Positions 26,768 through 37,387 of a DNA stretch of 64,000 nucleotides are shown here, in pieces. Numbering within the stretch: position 1 is the stretch's first letter; the number at the start of each line of letters is the position of its first letter. The DNA is from a virus. The translations under genes and the position numbers were made by a program. The notes under the pieces were generated by a model, which was not told the DNA's origin, searched no databases, and saw only the letters and a program-made list of their open reading frames with translations. The stretch covers positions 84,444 to 148,443 of IMG/VR virus record IMGVR_UViG_3300027791_000007. The stretch is one strand, 5' to 3'.

Positions 26768-27306
26768 TTCATCTTAGGCCCTAATACCCAACCCACAAGA
26801 CTTCTTCTTATTCCGTTTGTAATTGGACGAACTCTGTGCCACTGGTCAGATTTAAAGAAGAGTGCTGTATCTGGTAATGAACGAAATGTTTCATATCTAT
26901 TTTCAACAGCAGGCGAGTATATTTCCAAATCAAACTCTCCACCCTCAAAAGTATCGTTTAAAAAAACAGAGAATGACATCTTTCTTACTCTACCATCTTT
27001 GTATGGTTTATCATGAACATCTTGATGCCAACCATATTCACCACCTATAGGATACTCTCCATATTGTAATGGTTCAATTGTATCTATATCAAATCCCCAA
27101 CCCACATCTTGATTAACTTTTTTAGCAATATGTAGAAAATGTTCTCGTATATCTGCATCTTCGATAAAAGAAACATAGGAGTCTCTTTGAGTTTTTCCAG
27201 TTTGGTTGTGAGTTTGAGCTGCTTTTACACCTCTAACTCTATCCATAGTCATTACTAATAAATATGATGGGATTTCTCTAGTTGTGTATGGCCATCCGTA
27301 AGACAT
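26764..27306 (-). CDS. 2OG-Fe(II) oxygenase (PKHD/prolyl-hydroxylase-like)
   Basis: YGWHQD, RKMS, FEGGEF, HRVRPITNGIRRSLVGW. Confidence 0.85.
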   Translation of the reverse strand: MSYGWPYTTREIPSYLLVMTMDRVRGVKAAQTHNQTGKTQRDSYVSFIEDADIREHFLHIAKKVNQDVGWGFDIDTIEPLQYGEYPIGGEYGWHQDVHDKPYKDGRVRKMSFSVFLNDTFEGGEFDLEIYSPAVENRYETFRSLPDTALFFKSDQWHRVRPITNGIRRSLVGWVLGPKMK

Positions 27307-27731
27307 TACATTCCATGCTCCCATTGTCTAAATGCAATAGCGTTTTTAATATCCCATCCTCTACCTTGGATTGATTTTAAAACACCATCAATATATTTGA
27401 CAATTGTTTCAAGGTACATAATCTTATGTTCCATCTTAATGATATCTTCATCGGATTCTATGTATATTGATAAGTCTGTTTTTAATACTTTTAAGTCAAA
27501 TGGTTTTGTTGCATAAATTTTTGCATCAGCTTTACCACCGTAATATTCCCATTTGTCTCTGTAAATAACTTTATACTCACCCTTTGATTTCCATAAGAGT
27601 AGTTCATATCTAGTTTTGTGATCTAGATATTTTGCATATAGTTCTTGGTTTTTGAGGGATTCGGTGTCTAACTTTTCATCATTTACTACCAAGTCACTTG
27701 CGACTTGAATCTTCAATTCATCTAGTGTCAT
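27306..27731 (-). CDS. uvsY: UvsY recombination mediator
   Basis: LDTESL, WEYYGGK, RGWDIKNAI. Confidence 0.92.
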   Translation of the reverse strand: MTLDELKIQVASDLVVNDEKLDTESLKNQELYAKYLDHKTRYELLLWKSKGEYKVIYRDKWEYYGGKADAKIYATKPFDLKVLKTDLSIYIESDEDIIKMEHKIMYLETIVKYIDGVLKSIQGRGWDIKNAIAFRQWEHGM

Positions 27732-27751
27732 AATATATCCTTTGTTAATAC

Positions 27752-27759
27752 TATTTATA
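27752..27759 (-). promoter_or_regulatory. T4-type late promoter (uvsY/uvsW)
   Basis: TATAAATA on the minus strand. Confidence 0.65.
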
Positions 27760-28336
27760 TCTTATTAATAGTATATATTTTGTATCTAAAACTTACGTCT
27801 GCTGTTAAATATTCCACATCTGTAGCACCTTGAGTAAATGATAGTGCTCCAACAGCTACTGGAAATATATCTTCAAATCTCACCTCTACGATTGGGTTAT
27901 TCTTATTTGACAAAATTGTTAATGTTGCATCAGAGTACATTGATTTATCAGCAACAGCACGTCCAACTTGATCAACTGATACATTACTTGGAGTAGATGG
28001 TGTCACAGAAGTACTATTTCTAAAAAATGCAAATTGGTCTCTTTGTTGTGGAAAACCAATACCAGTTAACCAACCGTGTATCTCTCTATAGTTATCTAAT
28101 TCTTCATCAACAATAAAAGTAATATCTAAATTACCATATGTTATATTTGTGCCTGGGATAGGAATATCTTTAAATGGTGTGGGTATGACTGCCTCACCTA
28201 AAGTCAAGTCTGGTATAGTTACTGCTGTAGTATTAAATTGCACCTTTGGAAGTTGCAAGATATTAAAAGCAAATTGTGTAGGACTTAGATAGTCCAAATT
28301 AGTTGGTTGTCTTGACAGTGGATTTGTTTCGGCCAT
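27755..28336 (-). CDS. gp3: Tail tube terminator/completion protein gp3
   Basis: YLSPTQF, FIVDEELDNYREI, SDATLTILS. Confidence 0.9.
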   Translation of the reverse strand: MAETNPLSRQPTNLDYLSPTQFAFNILQLPKVQFNTTAVTIPDLTLGEAVIPTPFKDIPIPGTNITYGNLDITFIVDEELDNYREIHGWLTGIGFPQQRDQFAFFRNSTSVTPSTPSNVSVDQVGRAVADKSMYSDATLTILSNKNNPIVEVRFEDIFPVAVGALSFTQGATDVEYLTADVSFRYKIYTINKI

Positions 28337-28361
28337 TACAAACTCCTTACAGTTATATTTT

Positions 28362-28369
28362 TATTTATA
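28362..28369 (-). promoter_or_regulatory. T4-type late promoter (gp3)
   Basis: TATAAATA. Confidence 0.7.
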
Positions 28370-28374
28370 ACGCT

Positions 28375-28401
28375 AAAAAAAGGGGGAGCGAACTCCCCCC
28401 T
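28375..28401 (-). terminator. Rho-independent terminator after gp23
   Basis: GGGGGAG-TTCG-CTCCCCC hairpin followed by a T7 tract. Confidence 0.85.
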
Positions 28402-28420
28402 CTAATATTATTTTCAAATA

Positions 28421-29752
28421 TTACATTAAGTTTGAAACTTTAACTTTTCTGTAATACTGGTTAGTCGCAGAAGATACGGAAATCGCACCGTTAGCAGCAG
28501 CAGCAACCGTTCCAGTGTGGAATGGGTTAGCAGCAATACCGTAACGAGTTTTGAAACCAATCTTTGGTTGGAATGTATTTTCACCAACTGCACGAACCAT
28601 TTGTAGTGGAACGTAAGGGCAATAGAACATACCAGCGTCATAAGGTGATGTACCTTTATATCCAACAATGTAGTATTGTGAGGAAGATACGTTTGCAGAG
28701 TATGGGTCTACATAGACTTTAAATCTACCGTTCATAACACCAGCGAAAGTAGTTGATGTGTCATCTACGTTCAAGTTGTTATTTAGAGCAGGAGTATAGT
28801 CTAGAACACCAGCCATTTGAAGGGCAGATGCGACATCAGCGGAACAGATAATCATGTTACCTTTTCCTCTTCTTGTCTGTTGACCGATTGCGTTTGCATC
28901 TCTTTCAAGAGCGAACATCAAACCTTTAAACTTCTCAACACTCCAACGTCCGTTAGAATCTGTGTCTAAGTCAAAGATACCAGCGTTAGTTGTATTTGTT
29001 TGAGCACCTTTTACAGCAGAAACATAAATGTTTCTTACAACTTCTCTGTTGATTTCAGCAAGGATTTCAGCAGATAGGATGTTTGCAAGTTCTGTCTCAG
29101 CGTCTAAACCATGAATTGCTTTTAAGTCTTGTGCAAGTTCCATAGTGTATTCTGCTTTAAGAGCACGTGTTACAGCAGTAACAGTATGCTTCTCAATTGA
29201 GAACGCCATTTCAGCAAACTGATTTCCAGCAGCGTCACCTAATGCTTCTGCCTGTGCAGTTGTCATACCAGTTGCACTAGTATAAGTTCCAGCAGGACTG
29301 TCATTAAGAACAGATGGATTAGTTTCACTTGAACCAATATCTCCACCACCGACATCGCCAGCAGCATTTTGGTTTGAATGATCTGGTAGTGCTTCATCGA
29401 CAAGTGCTTCTGCACCGTCCATTGATGCAAATCTTGCTCTCATTGCAAAGATTAAACCAGTTGGCCCAGTCATAGGTTGCACACCACAAATGTCATATGC
29501 AATAAGATTAGGCATTGATCGTCTTACTAGGGAAATCAAGATCGGATCCCATGTGTCTAGAGAAGCGTTACCACCAACAAAGTTTGTTGGAGCGGCTTCT
29601 GTCATGAAGGCTTTATCTTCTTTTAAAGCTTTCTCTTGGTTCTCTAGGATAATTGTAGTAACGGCCCGTCTGTAACTATCCGAAATTTTTGGTAATTCTG
29701 GATGTTCTAGGACTGGCTGCCACTTTTCTTGTAAATGTTCTGTTTGAAACAT
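28421..29752 (-). CDS. gp23: Major capsid protein gp23
   Basis: EKWQPVL, GVQPMTGPTGLIFAMR, RALKAEYTMELAQDLKAIHGLDAE, FQPKIGFKTRYG. Confidence 0.99.
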   Translation of the reverse strand: MFQTEHLQEKWQPVLEHPELPKISDSYRRAVTTIILENQEKALKEDKAFMTEAAPTNFVGGNASLDTWDPILISLVRRSMPNLIAYDICGVQPMTGPTGLIFAMRARFASMDGAEALVDEALPDHSNQNAAGDVGGGDIGSSETNPSVLNDSPAGTYTSATGMTTAQAEALGDAAGNQFAEMAFSIEKHTVTAVTRALKAEYTMELAQDLKAIHGLDAETELANILSAEILAEINREVVRNIYVSAVKGAQTNTTNAGIFDLDTDSNGRWSVEKFKGLMFALERDANAIGQQTRRGKGNMIICSADVASALQMAGVLDYTPALNNNLNVDDTSTTFAGVMNGRFKVYVDPYSANVSSSQYYIVGYKGTSPYDAGMFYCPYVPLQMVRAVGENTFQPKIGFKTRYGIAANPFHTGTVAAAANGAISVSSATNQYYRKVKVSNLM

Positions 29753-29784
29753 GTGTTCCTCCTTATTTAAACAATTTTACGTTA

Positions 29785-31083
29785 TTATTTCGTATTCGCA
29801 CTCTTGACACTTCTACCTATGGCAGACATGTAGACATTCATAGTATCAGTTGTGTCAATGTCCTTTACGGTGCCAGTTTCTACATCATCAAATGCGCCAA
29901 CCACCTCTTTAATGGTTCTTGGAAAGTAACTTTCTTTCAAAGTATCAATTTTCTCTCTAAATGATTCTTCGTCAGTGAAGTCAACTTCTCTAACCAGCGA
30001 TTGAAACTTTTCAATTTCAGTTTCAGCCAAATCAGTAACACTCTCTGATATGACCTTTTCCCTCACTAGTTTAGCATTCTGTTCTTTAGACTCGACTACC
30101 TTTTGGATAGTTTCGTCCAGTTTGCTTTCTAGTTTAGAAATCTTGTCTGATTGTGCCTCAAGTACATCGTACTTTTCGTCAGGCACGTCTACATAATGAT
30201 CTTCAAAGAGTTGTTTCAATCCAGAGATAAAGTCCTCAGCAATTTCACCTTTTAGTCCTCGTTCAATTGCAAGTGTATTCTCTTTCATCCATTCTTCGAC
30301 AACATAATTCAAGTAGTTGTCAACTTTTTCCGATAGGTCGTCTTTGGTTTCATTAATTTCAGAAGTAAGTTCGTTCTTATATTCTTCTTCAAGACGTTCT
30401 ACTTCTTCTCTTACCTTAGATTTAACTGCAGCTTCAAATACTGTTGCAGCTTTTTTCTTAAATTCATCTGTTAGTTCAGAATTTTCATCGTTCATAAGTG
30501 CATCGACATGTTCTTTAACATCTATGTCTGCAACTCTTTTCTCGATTTTTTCTGATTTTTCTTTAGAAGCTTCGTCCATGTCCATTTCGTCCATCTTATT
30601 GTACATGGCCATAAGTTTTTCCATCTTTGCCTTAGGCATAGATGCCATCGCATTAATCATCTTGTCTTTCATTTCCATTTTAGTCATTTCTGCGATTTCT
30701 TCTTCACCTTTTACGTTCTCATCGCCTGCAGCGAGAGACTTAGCAACTTTACCTTCTCCATCATTTGGTGTATCCATTTTATCTGCACCACCTTGTGATT
30801 TCTGTTGAGCGTCGCCTGAAACTTGTTTAGCTTTAGCAGCTGCTTTTTTACCAACATCTGCACCAGCAAGATTACTTGCTTTAACTGCATCTTTAGTTAC
30901 AGTTCCTTCTGGTTTTGCACCACCAACATCGTCTTTGCCAGTTGCACCATCAGTTGGAACAGATTCTTGTTTTTCTGCTTTCGCAGCGTTTTTCATAGGA
31001 GCATCGGCACCGTTGGCTTCTTCTAATTCACCAAGTACTTCAGCTTCCAATTCCTCAATGGTTTTGTCTAATTGATCAGCCAT
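29785..31083 (-). CDS. gp22: Prohead core scaffold gp22
   Basis: FKKKAATVFEAAV, YLNYVVEEWM, LKESYF; located between gp21 and gp23. Confidence 0.93.
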   Translation of the reverse strand: MADQLDKTIEELEAEVLGELEEANGADAPMKNAAKAEKQESVPTDGATGKDDVGGAKPEGTVTKDAVKASNLAGADVGKKAAAKAKQVSGDAQQKSQGGADKMDTPNDGEGKVAKSLAAGDENVKGEEEIAEMTKMEMKDKMINAMASMPKAKMEKLMAMYNKMDEMDMDEASKEKSEKIEKRVADIDVKEHVDALMNDENSELTDEFKKKAATVFEAAVKSKVREEVERLEEEYKNELTSEINETKDDLSEKVDNYLNYVVEEWMKENTLAIERGLKGEIAEDFISGLKQLFEDHYVDVPDEKYDVLEAQSDKISKLESKLDETIQKVVESKEQNAKLVREKVISESVTDLAETEIEKFQSLVREVDFTDEESFREKIDTLKESYFPRTIKEVVGAFDDVETGTVKDIDTTDTMNVYMSAIGRSVKSANTK

Positions 31084-31125
31084 GGGATTCTCTCCTTTTT
31101 ATTTAACTCTATGGTTATTAACTAT

Positions 31126-31133
31126 TATTTATA
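31126..31133 (-). promoter_or_regulatory. T4-type late promoter (gp22/gp23)
   Basis: TATAAATA. Confidence 0.7.
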
Positions 31134-31135
31134 AA

Positions 31136-31780
31136 TTACAACATTTTGAGGAACTTAGCAAATTCTAATGCTTGATTTGCAGCTTTCCCCTTCTCAAGTC
31201 TTTGTTTCATCTCCACCAAATGTGGTTCAAGATAACTTCCATTATCCCACACCCACTCTTTTCCTTCCATGATACCTTCCACGAAAGCGGATGGAGCCGA
31301 TGGATCAGCAACGATATCAGCCGCAGTTGCGAGCATGAAATCTTTGTTTACATAGTTTGCACCACCTTTTGATACTAAACTACCCATACCTCTTGATGAA
31401 ACACCTAATGTAGCACCCTCATCCATAAGACTTTTTACAATCTTACCCATAGGGGTGTCCATTATTTTTGCCTCTCCGATAAAATTTTTACCTTCGGGCA
31501 CTAATGATGTTATCAAATGAGATGCTCTTTCGAGATTTACAGTCGGCCCTTCTGGGTGACCTAATTCTCCAAAAGCTCTCTTTTTCGCTATGAAGTTTTT
31601 ATTATACTTACCTACTTCATTAGTCAATACTTCCATAGGATAAACACGGCCATTTCGGTTCTTTATGTCCGCCTGCATGAAAACACCACGAATTTTATAG
31701 TTCTTCTTACCATCAGCAGCTTCTTCTGCGATAAAATGAACATCTTGGATATCTTCTGTAATTAATTTTACTAAGCGCAT
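31136..31780 (-). CDS. gp21: Prohead protease gp21
   Basis: NRNGRVYP, GELGHP, GVSSRGMGS, DIVADPSAP. Confidence 0.97.
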   Translation of the reverse strand: MRLVKLITEDIQDVHFIAEEAADGKKNYKIRGVFMQADIKNRNGRVYPMEVLTNEVGKYNKNFIAKKRAFGELGHPEGPTVNLERASHLITSLVPEGKNFIGEAKIMDTPMGKIVKSLMDEGATLGVSSRGMGSLVSKGGANYVNKDFMLATAADIVADPSAPSAFVEGIMEGKEWVWDNGSYLEPHLVEMKQRLEKGKAANQALEFAKFLKML

Positions 31781-31811
31781 TTGTTTACCTTTTCCGAAAT
31801 CTTATTACTTT

Positions 31812-31819
31812 TATTTATA
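31812..31819 (-). promoter_or_regulatory. T4-type late promoter (gp21)
   Basis: TATAAATA. Confidence 0.7.
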
Positions 31820-31842
31820 ATTATAAAATGTTCTATAATTAT

Positions 31843-32436
31843 TTAAATTCCAGTTTGTCCTAGAATGATTTCTTCTACATATATTTTGCTGTTAGAACCA
31901 GCAGTCTCGTTAATATGTGATATACTGTAACATGATCTTGCAGTAGCATCACCAGTAAATGTTGCAGTACTACTACCATCAACAGCACCAAGTGTGATTG
32001 TTGTAGAACCCACAGCAGATACATTAACATTTGTTAACAGTGTATTCCATGCAGCAACATCAGCATCCACTACAGATATTTGATCACCTACAGCAAAAGG
32101 ATGATTTACACCACCACCGCCTGGGGAGTTACCACCACCTTCTCCTCTTTGTGCAACTGTTAATACCACTGGATCAGCAGAAGTTGCAGACAAAATTTGA
32201 ATTGCGTTTGGTCTTTCTTCTGGTATCATAGTGATTACAGTACCCCCATCTATATAACTTCCGTTGGTTGCTGTAACTGTTGTACCCTCTTGTGTTATTT
32301 TGACAAAACCATTCTCTCCACCATGTTCCGAAATTCTGATAGCAGAACTTGGCCCTAATGGCCCCAGAACTAACGAAGCCGCGGCATTGTTGGCTTGAAC
32401 GATTTTACCAATGTGTCGTAACATTTTAAACGCCAT
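31843..32436 (-). CDS. Putative virion/head-associated protein
   Basis: G/T/V-rich beta-type sequence inside the head module. Confidence 0.5.
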   Translation of the reverse strand: MAFKMLRHIGKIVQANNAAASLVLGPLGPSSAIRISEHGGENGFVKITQEGTTVTATNGSYIDGGTVITMIPEERPNAIQILSATSADPVVLTVAQRGEGGGNSPGGGGVNHPFAVGDQISVVDADVAAWNTLLTNVNVSAVGSTTITLGAVDGSSTATFTGDATARSCYSISHINETAGSNSKIYVEEIILGQTGI

Positions 32437-32445
32437 TTTATTCTC

Positions 32446-32688
32446 CTATATGTCTAAAATCTCTCGTTCAAAGTACTTGATTAAATCTTTCTCTGGAACG
32501 CTATTTTTTTTCGCTACATTTTTAATTGTTTTTTCAAAAGTATTTAGGAAATCAGAAGGTTTGTCATCCATAACTTGAAAAATTCCGTCCACAGCTTTCT
32601 TCATCCTAGGCGACAATTTCTTGTACTCCTTAGATTTTTTGTGTTCGTCCTTTTCAAGAACTGTATTATACATACCTTCAAATATCAT
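32446..32688 (-). CDS. Small prohead-core-region protein (possibly gp68-like)
   Basis: Position between the gp67-like gene and gp21; coupled ORF. Confidence 0.45.
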   Translation of the reverse strand: MIFEGMYNTVLEKDEHKKSKEYKKLSPRMKKAVDGIFQVMDDKPSDFLNTFEKTIKNVAKKNSVPEKDLIKYFEREILDI

Positions 32689-32867
32689 TATTCTTCTGTC
32701 TCATCTGCATTTGGGAGTCCATCTCTAACAAAAGTCTTTGCAACTTCTTTTCTTTTTGCTTCAAGAGCATCCCCTACTTTGGTTTGAATAGCGGCCTTAA
32801 AAGCATCTTCTGCCTCAAGGTTATTCTTATTCACAACTGCATCAACAAACTCTTTACTTGTCGCCAT
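32688..32867 (-). CDS. Prohead core protein gp67-like
   Basis: MATSKEFVDAV...AEDAFKAAIQTKVGDALEAKRKEVA directly after gp20; start chosen at MAT. Confidence 0.65.
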   Translation of the reverse strand: MATSKEFVDAVVNKNNLEAEDAFKAAIQTKVGDALEAKRKEVAKTFVRDGLPNADETEE

Positions 32868-34512
32868 TTTCATCTCCATTTGGTTTAGGTTTCGGTTTAT
32901 CTTTGGATTTATCATCCCCACCTTCTGGTGGCACCTCGCCTCTAAATTTCGCAACATCATCAGCAGGAAGAGCACCACCATCTACTTGTGGATATCTAGT
33001 AATACCATCTGTTGCAGTTGGAACATTAACTCCACCATCTTCAACATCCATACCAGCCTCTTTCTTAATTTGAAGTTGCATCTCATCTACTTCAGCATCA
33101 GTCATATTCAACACATTTCTCAATACATATTCTTTTGAAAAGAATGTGCCGATATAAGGTTCTATCGTTGATAAAGAGTTTAACCTACCCTCTAATAGTT
33201 CTGCTTTCTTTAGTTCTGCAAAATGTCCGTCTTGTAGAAAATCATATTGAATATGTTCTACCATTTTCGGCCAATCTTCTATACCAATTACTCCTTTTAA
33301 GAGTAGTTGTGTTTTTAGAAGATCTGTTAGTAGTGGTGTAAACCTCTTCCTCATTCTCTGAACAAACTTAGTAAATTTAAGTTCATCCCTTGTAATCTCT
33401 GTACTTCTACCTAAACTAAATCCTTCTTCTGCATTTAATCTAGCTTGTGGAACATTTAATGATTGATACAATTTCTTTTTAAAATATTCAATATCATCAA
33501 TCTCTCCAAGATTAGAACCGCCTGGTAATGTAGTAATTTCTGTTCCTCTACCACCTTCTCTTCGTGGCAACCAGAAATCTTCTAGCATTGACATGTGATT
33601 TCTATCATCTTTAATTTCACCAGTTTGAGCATCATATACCAGTTTGTTACGATATCTGTTCATAACATCTTTTAGGTATTGTTCTGCTTTAATTTTAGGT
33701 AAGTTACCCACATCAATATAGAATATACGTCTTTCAGGCGCCCTTGATATACGATAGATAACAAGTGCATCCTCAATCATTCTAAGTTGATTAACTGGTT
33801 TGATTGCTTTGTGTAAGTATGAAAGTACATGACCTTTGTTTTGGTCAATTAATCCAGATGGACAGTAAGCGATTGAATCTCCAGCGACTTTAATACCTTG
33901 ATTAGAACCACCTCCTACACCAATACCCTTTTCATTATACATGTAGTAATCTTCTACATCTGTAATGAGTTCCATTGATTGATGAGCGCCTTTGCCTTTA
34001 TCTTTTTTAATCTCTCTTACTTTTTTAATCTTTTTGGGATCAATGTATCGTAATTCTACAATACCTTGTCTGGGATTCTTTTTATCAATTACTTTATGAT
34101 AAAACAATCTTCCATCAACATACCAACGTCTGAATATGTCGTGACCTTTAGCTTCAAAGTCTAGTAGTTGTAAGACTTGTGAAAACTCTTCCCTAATTCT
34201 TCTTTTGATTTTGTCTGAATAACCAAGGTTATCAAGTGTGACTTGAATCGCTTGATCTCTTTCGTTAGAGACAATGGACTCGTTAACAATATCTTCAATC
34301 GCAGCATCGCACTCTGCCTGTTGGGCAATGTCTCGATATCTACGAATAAGGTCTTGTTCAGTCCGTTCTCTACCGTCTGTGTCTAAAATTTGAGCAAAAT
34401 GTCCACCACCAGCGACTTCAACAGTTCCGTCATCGGTTTTTGGTGGGGTAAATTTCTCTACCCCACCAGTATCTTTTATTTTCTCAAATTTAAATCCAAA
34501 TAGTTCCGCCAT
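32854..34512 (-). CDS. gp20: Portal protein gp20
   Basis: FRRWYVDGR, YRISRAPERRIFYIDVGNLPK, EDFWLPRREGGRGTEI. Confidence 0.99.
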   Translation of the reverse strand: MAELFGFKFEKIKDTGGVEKFTPPKTDDGTVEVAGGGHFAQILDTDGRERTEQDLIRRYRDIAQQAECDAAIEDIVNESIVSNERDQAIQVTLDNLGYSDKIKRRIREEFSQVLQLLDFEAKGHDIFRRWYVDGRLFYHKVIDKKNPRQGIVELRYIDPKKIKKVREIKKDKGKGAHQSMELITDVEDYYMYNEKGIGVGGGSNQGIKVAGDSIAYCPSGLIDQNKGHVLSYLHKAIKPVNQLRMIEDALVIYRISRAPERRIFYIDVGNLPKIKAEQYLKDVMNRYRNKLVYDAQTGEIKDDRNHMSMLEDFWLPRREGGRGTEITTLPGGSNLGEIDDIEYFKKKLYQSLNVPQARLNAEEGFSLGRSTEITRDELKFTKFVQRMRKRFTPLLTDLLKTQLLLKGVIGIEDWPKMVEHIQYDFLQDGHFAELKKAELLEGRLNSLSTIEPYIGTFFSKEYVLRNVLNMTDAEVDEMQLQIKKEAGMDVEDGGVNVPTATDGITRYPQVDGGALPADDVAKFRGEVPPEGGDDKSKDKPKPKPNGDENGDK

Positions 34513-34553
34513 TATATTACTCCAAATTTCCTACTACTATTTAGTAGGTTTCA

Positions 34554-35084
34554 TTATAAGATATTTGAGGGTTCAAAATGTTGATATCTCCAAGTAACCT
34601 CAAATGTTTCAATTTCTGTTGCTTCAGCAGTTGTTAAGTCAATCTGTGAAACAGTCAGTGGAAACGCATTTCTAAAAATGTAAGATTTAAGGATTGTATC
34701 ATCTCTGTCTAGTTGTTCAACTGTTAAATCAGTTTGATAACCAGCAGGGGTAATTAATCCAGTAGCATCGGCATAATTGTTAATACCGTTCTGCCATCTT
34801 TCCATTGCGTTTCTAATCATAAAGTCAGTATCATTATAAAAAGTAGTTGTCCAAGTTTCTGGAGCAGGTCTATCACCAGCCATATAAATGGTTCTACCTC
34901 TGAATGGTACAGCAATCTCACCTAAAGTACTTGCAGGCAAGTTAGTTGCAGTTACCAAGAATGAAGTTCTACGAACATCCAATCCAGTAGTAATTTCAGA
35001 AGGTGGAGTTAACGTCACTTTAAATTGGTTGGCACGAGCACCACCACCGATAAGATTTGCTTTGAAATCGTCTATTTTAGCCAT
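34554..35084 (-). CDS. gp19: Tail tube protein gp19
   Basis: GGARANQF, PFRGR, AGDR, WTTTFYND. Confidence 0.95.
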   Translation of the reverse strand: MAKIDDFKANLIGGGARANQFKVTLTPPSEITTGLDVRRTSFLVTATNLPASTLGEIAVPFRGRTIYMAGDRPAPETWTTTFYNDTDFMIRNAMERWQNGINNYADATGLITPAGYQTDLTVEQLDRDDTILKSYIFRNAFPLTVSQIDLTTAEATEIETFEVTWRYQHFEPSNIL

Positions 35085-35086
35085 GA

Positions 35087-37261
35087 TTAACCTCCTACCT
35101 CTGTAAATGCGACACCAGTTCTTACGGCGACAAAGTTAAGAGTAATAAAGTTGATACTTCTGTTAGGTTTAACATAGATATCTGCAACAAACTCATTTCT
35201 GTCAATTACTTGTCCAGTATTATTAGTACCGTCAGCAACAACCTTAAAGTCTGTTATTCCTCTTCTTCCTTGTACATCTCTAAGGAATGGTTCTACTAAG
35301 TTTCTAAATTGTGCCCTCGTAAATTCATCGTTGAACTCAAAGAGTTGGAACTTAGCAGCAGTTGCGATTGCTTTTTCTAATACCAAGAACAACCTTCTAA
35401 CATTAATTCTGTCGAAAGCACTTGGTTTTGATAATGCAGTCTTATCACCGAATAGTACAACACCTTGGCCTGGGAAGTTAACAACTGGATTAATCCTTGC
35501 ACGATACAATATATCTCTTTGAGATTTACTTGGATTGTAAGCAAGTTTTACAGCGCCTCTAACATTTCCTCTATTGAAACCGCCTGGTGAAAACCAAGGA
35601 TCAGCAACATTGTCTGTGTTTGCACATAGTCCAGCAGTATCTCCGTTCAATGGAACGAATCTAAACTGGTCGTTGTATTTGTCATACATGTACTTGTAAC
35701 CACTGTCAAACACCATGTAAGATGATGATGGGCAGTTATCAAATGCAGATTTAACATTATCAGTTTGTGTTACCGAATCTGCAATACCAACTACAGCATT
35801 TCTGTGGGGTGATACAAATCCTACACAATCTTTTCTAAACTCAACCAAATCTGTAATCATAGTAACATGTGTGTCCATACCAGTTTCAGTATCAGCAGCG
35901 ATACTTGACGGCCCACCTAATACTAGGTTGATGTCAATACTCTCTACATCTTTGAACTTATCGTATGCAAGTGCAATTTCACCAGCAGATACACTAAAAT
36001 CATCTGCACCACCGTTAAGTTGTGATTCATATGCACTAGTAACAGCAGTGTATGCACCACCTTCTTCTAGTAGAATATCACTACCAGCATTAGTTGATGA
36101 ACCATCTGTACCGTCTAAGATAACATTGTCACCTTCGTTAGTACCAGAAGCATCTGTTCCGTTCAATAATATTTCGTTACCAGTTTGTAAATCTGTTCCC
36201 CAGTTAGTACCAGATGAAGTAATTTCTTCAGCTTTACTTGTTGGGATATCAGAAGTTACTGGATGATCCATCCAATAAATCAAAGTTGATTGTCTGTAGA
36301 CTACATCTGGATAATAGTTACTCTGTCCTTGAGCAGTTTTTCCATTTACGTTTTTAGAAAGACTTGCAAAAATTTCAAGCACACCTAGAGTTCTTTGTCC
36401 TGCTGTATCACTATCAAAACCAGCAATAGTTCCAGTTGTGTCGAAAACTACAATGTGTAGTTCATCGCCTGTACCTCTACCATTTTGAGTTGCCCAAGCA
36501 GATGTGCCTGGGGCACCATCAAACAAGTCATAAAATTTCCACCTACGTCTGATAAATGTACCAGTAGAAAGTGCGGCAACCAAACCAGTTCCGTTTACGT
36601 TGTCAAGTTCTCTGATTGTTGCAGTGTTGTTAGTAATATCAATTGCAGTCACTTCATATTGTTTATCTTCATGTCCACTTACTTGTGTAGTAAATGCAGA
36701 AGATGTGAAGAACGAAAGTATATCTCCAATATTAATTTCGTTATCTGCAACATCAACATCGTCTAGTGTAATTGAAGTTGCACCAGAAGCAGCCGGTGCA
36801 GCGACTTTATTTGCAGTAGTTAAATTTTGTTCGTAAGCACTTGCACTAGGACATACAGAAACAGCAATACTATTTCCTTCTGATCCAGAAGTTCTTGATG
36901 CCCACAAACCAACAGTTCCTTGCCCTTCAGCAAAAGATGTTGTATAGTGGTCAGTTGATCTTATTAGTAGTCCACTCGCCTTTGATGTTGCGTTTAAAAC
37001 ACCAGATTCGATACGAACCACTCTTAGAGCATCTGAATATTGTAAAAAGTTTGCGGCTGTAAACCAAGTTTCGTAGTTACTAGAATTAGGTTTTCCAAAG
37101 ATTTTTAATAGTTCTTCTTCCGATCCAATTGCAGTAACCTCACCGACAGGCCCCTTTTCAAATGGCCCAGCAATTGCACCAATAGATGTTGCAACAGCAG
37201 GAACTACATTTGTTAAGTCGACCTCTTTAACTTGGACGCCAGGTGATACTAGAAATGCCAT
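35087..37261 (-). CDS. gp18: Tail sheath protein gp18
   Basis: SPGVQVKEVD, PWFSPGG, FDRINVRRLF, FEFND, INFITLNF. Confidence 0.98.
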   Translation of the reverse strand: MAFLVSPGVQVKEVDLTNVVPAVATSIGAIAGPFEKGPVGEVTAIGSEEELLKIFGKPNSSNYETWFTAANFLQYSDALRVVRIESGVLNATSKASGLLIRSTDHYTTSFAEGQGTVGLWASRTSGSEGNSIAVSVCPSASAYEQNLTTANKVAAPAASGATSITLDDVDVADNEINIGDILSFFTSSAFTTQVSGHEDKQYEVTAIDITNNTATIRELDNVNGTGLVAALSTGTFIRRRWKFYDLFDGAPGTSAWATQNGRGTGDELHIVVFDTTGTIAGFDSDTAGQRTLGVLEIFASLSKNVNGKTAQGQSNYYPDVVYRQSTLIYWMDHPVTSDIPTSKAEEITSSGTNWGTDLQTGNEILLNGTDASGTNEGDNVILDGTDGSSTNAGSDILLEEGGAYTAVTSAYESQLNGGADDFSVSAGEIALAYDKFKDVESIDINLVLGGPSSIAADTETGMDTHVTMITDLVEFRKDCVGFVSPHRNAVVGIADSVTQTDNVKSAFDNCPSSSYMVFDSGYKYMYDKYNDQFRFVPLNGDTAGLCANTDNVADPWFSPGGFNRGNVRGAVKLAYNPSKSQRDILYRARINPVVNFPGQGVVLFGDKTALSKPSAFDRINVRRLFLVLEKAIATAAKFQLFEFNDEFTRAQFRNLVEPFLRDVQGRRGITDFKVVADGTNNTGQVIDRNEFVADIYVKPNRSINFITLNFVAVRTGVAFTEVGG

Positions 37262-37323
37262 GATTTACTCCTTGTCCTTTAAGTTATGCCCGTTTAGCAT
37301 TGTTCTTACTTAATCATTACTTT

Positions 37324-37382
37324 TATTTATAATTTACCGTTTCTTAAAAACCCACATTTATATGTATTTAATCATATAAATA
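37324..37382. promoter_or_regulatory. Divergent pair of T4 late promoters
   Basis: TATAAATA on minus (37331-37324, gp18) and on plus (37375-37382, HNH-like gene). Confidence 0.7.
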
Positions 37383-37387
37383 GTAGT

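Noticed and set aside
32688-32981. 97-aa version of the gp67-like ORF and other upstream-extended starts (gp45 13873, 2OG 12272 and 27324, AsnB-like 50470, VWA 19170)
   Set aside because: The extensions overlap upstream genes or lack an RBS; downstream ATGs fit family N-termini and coupling better.
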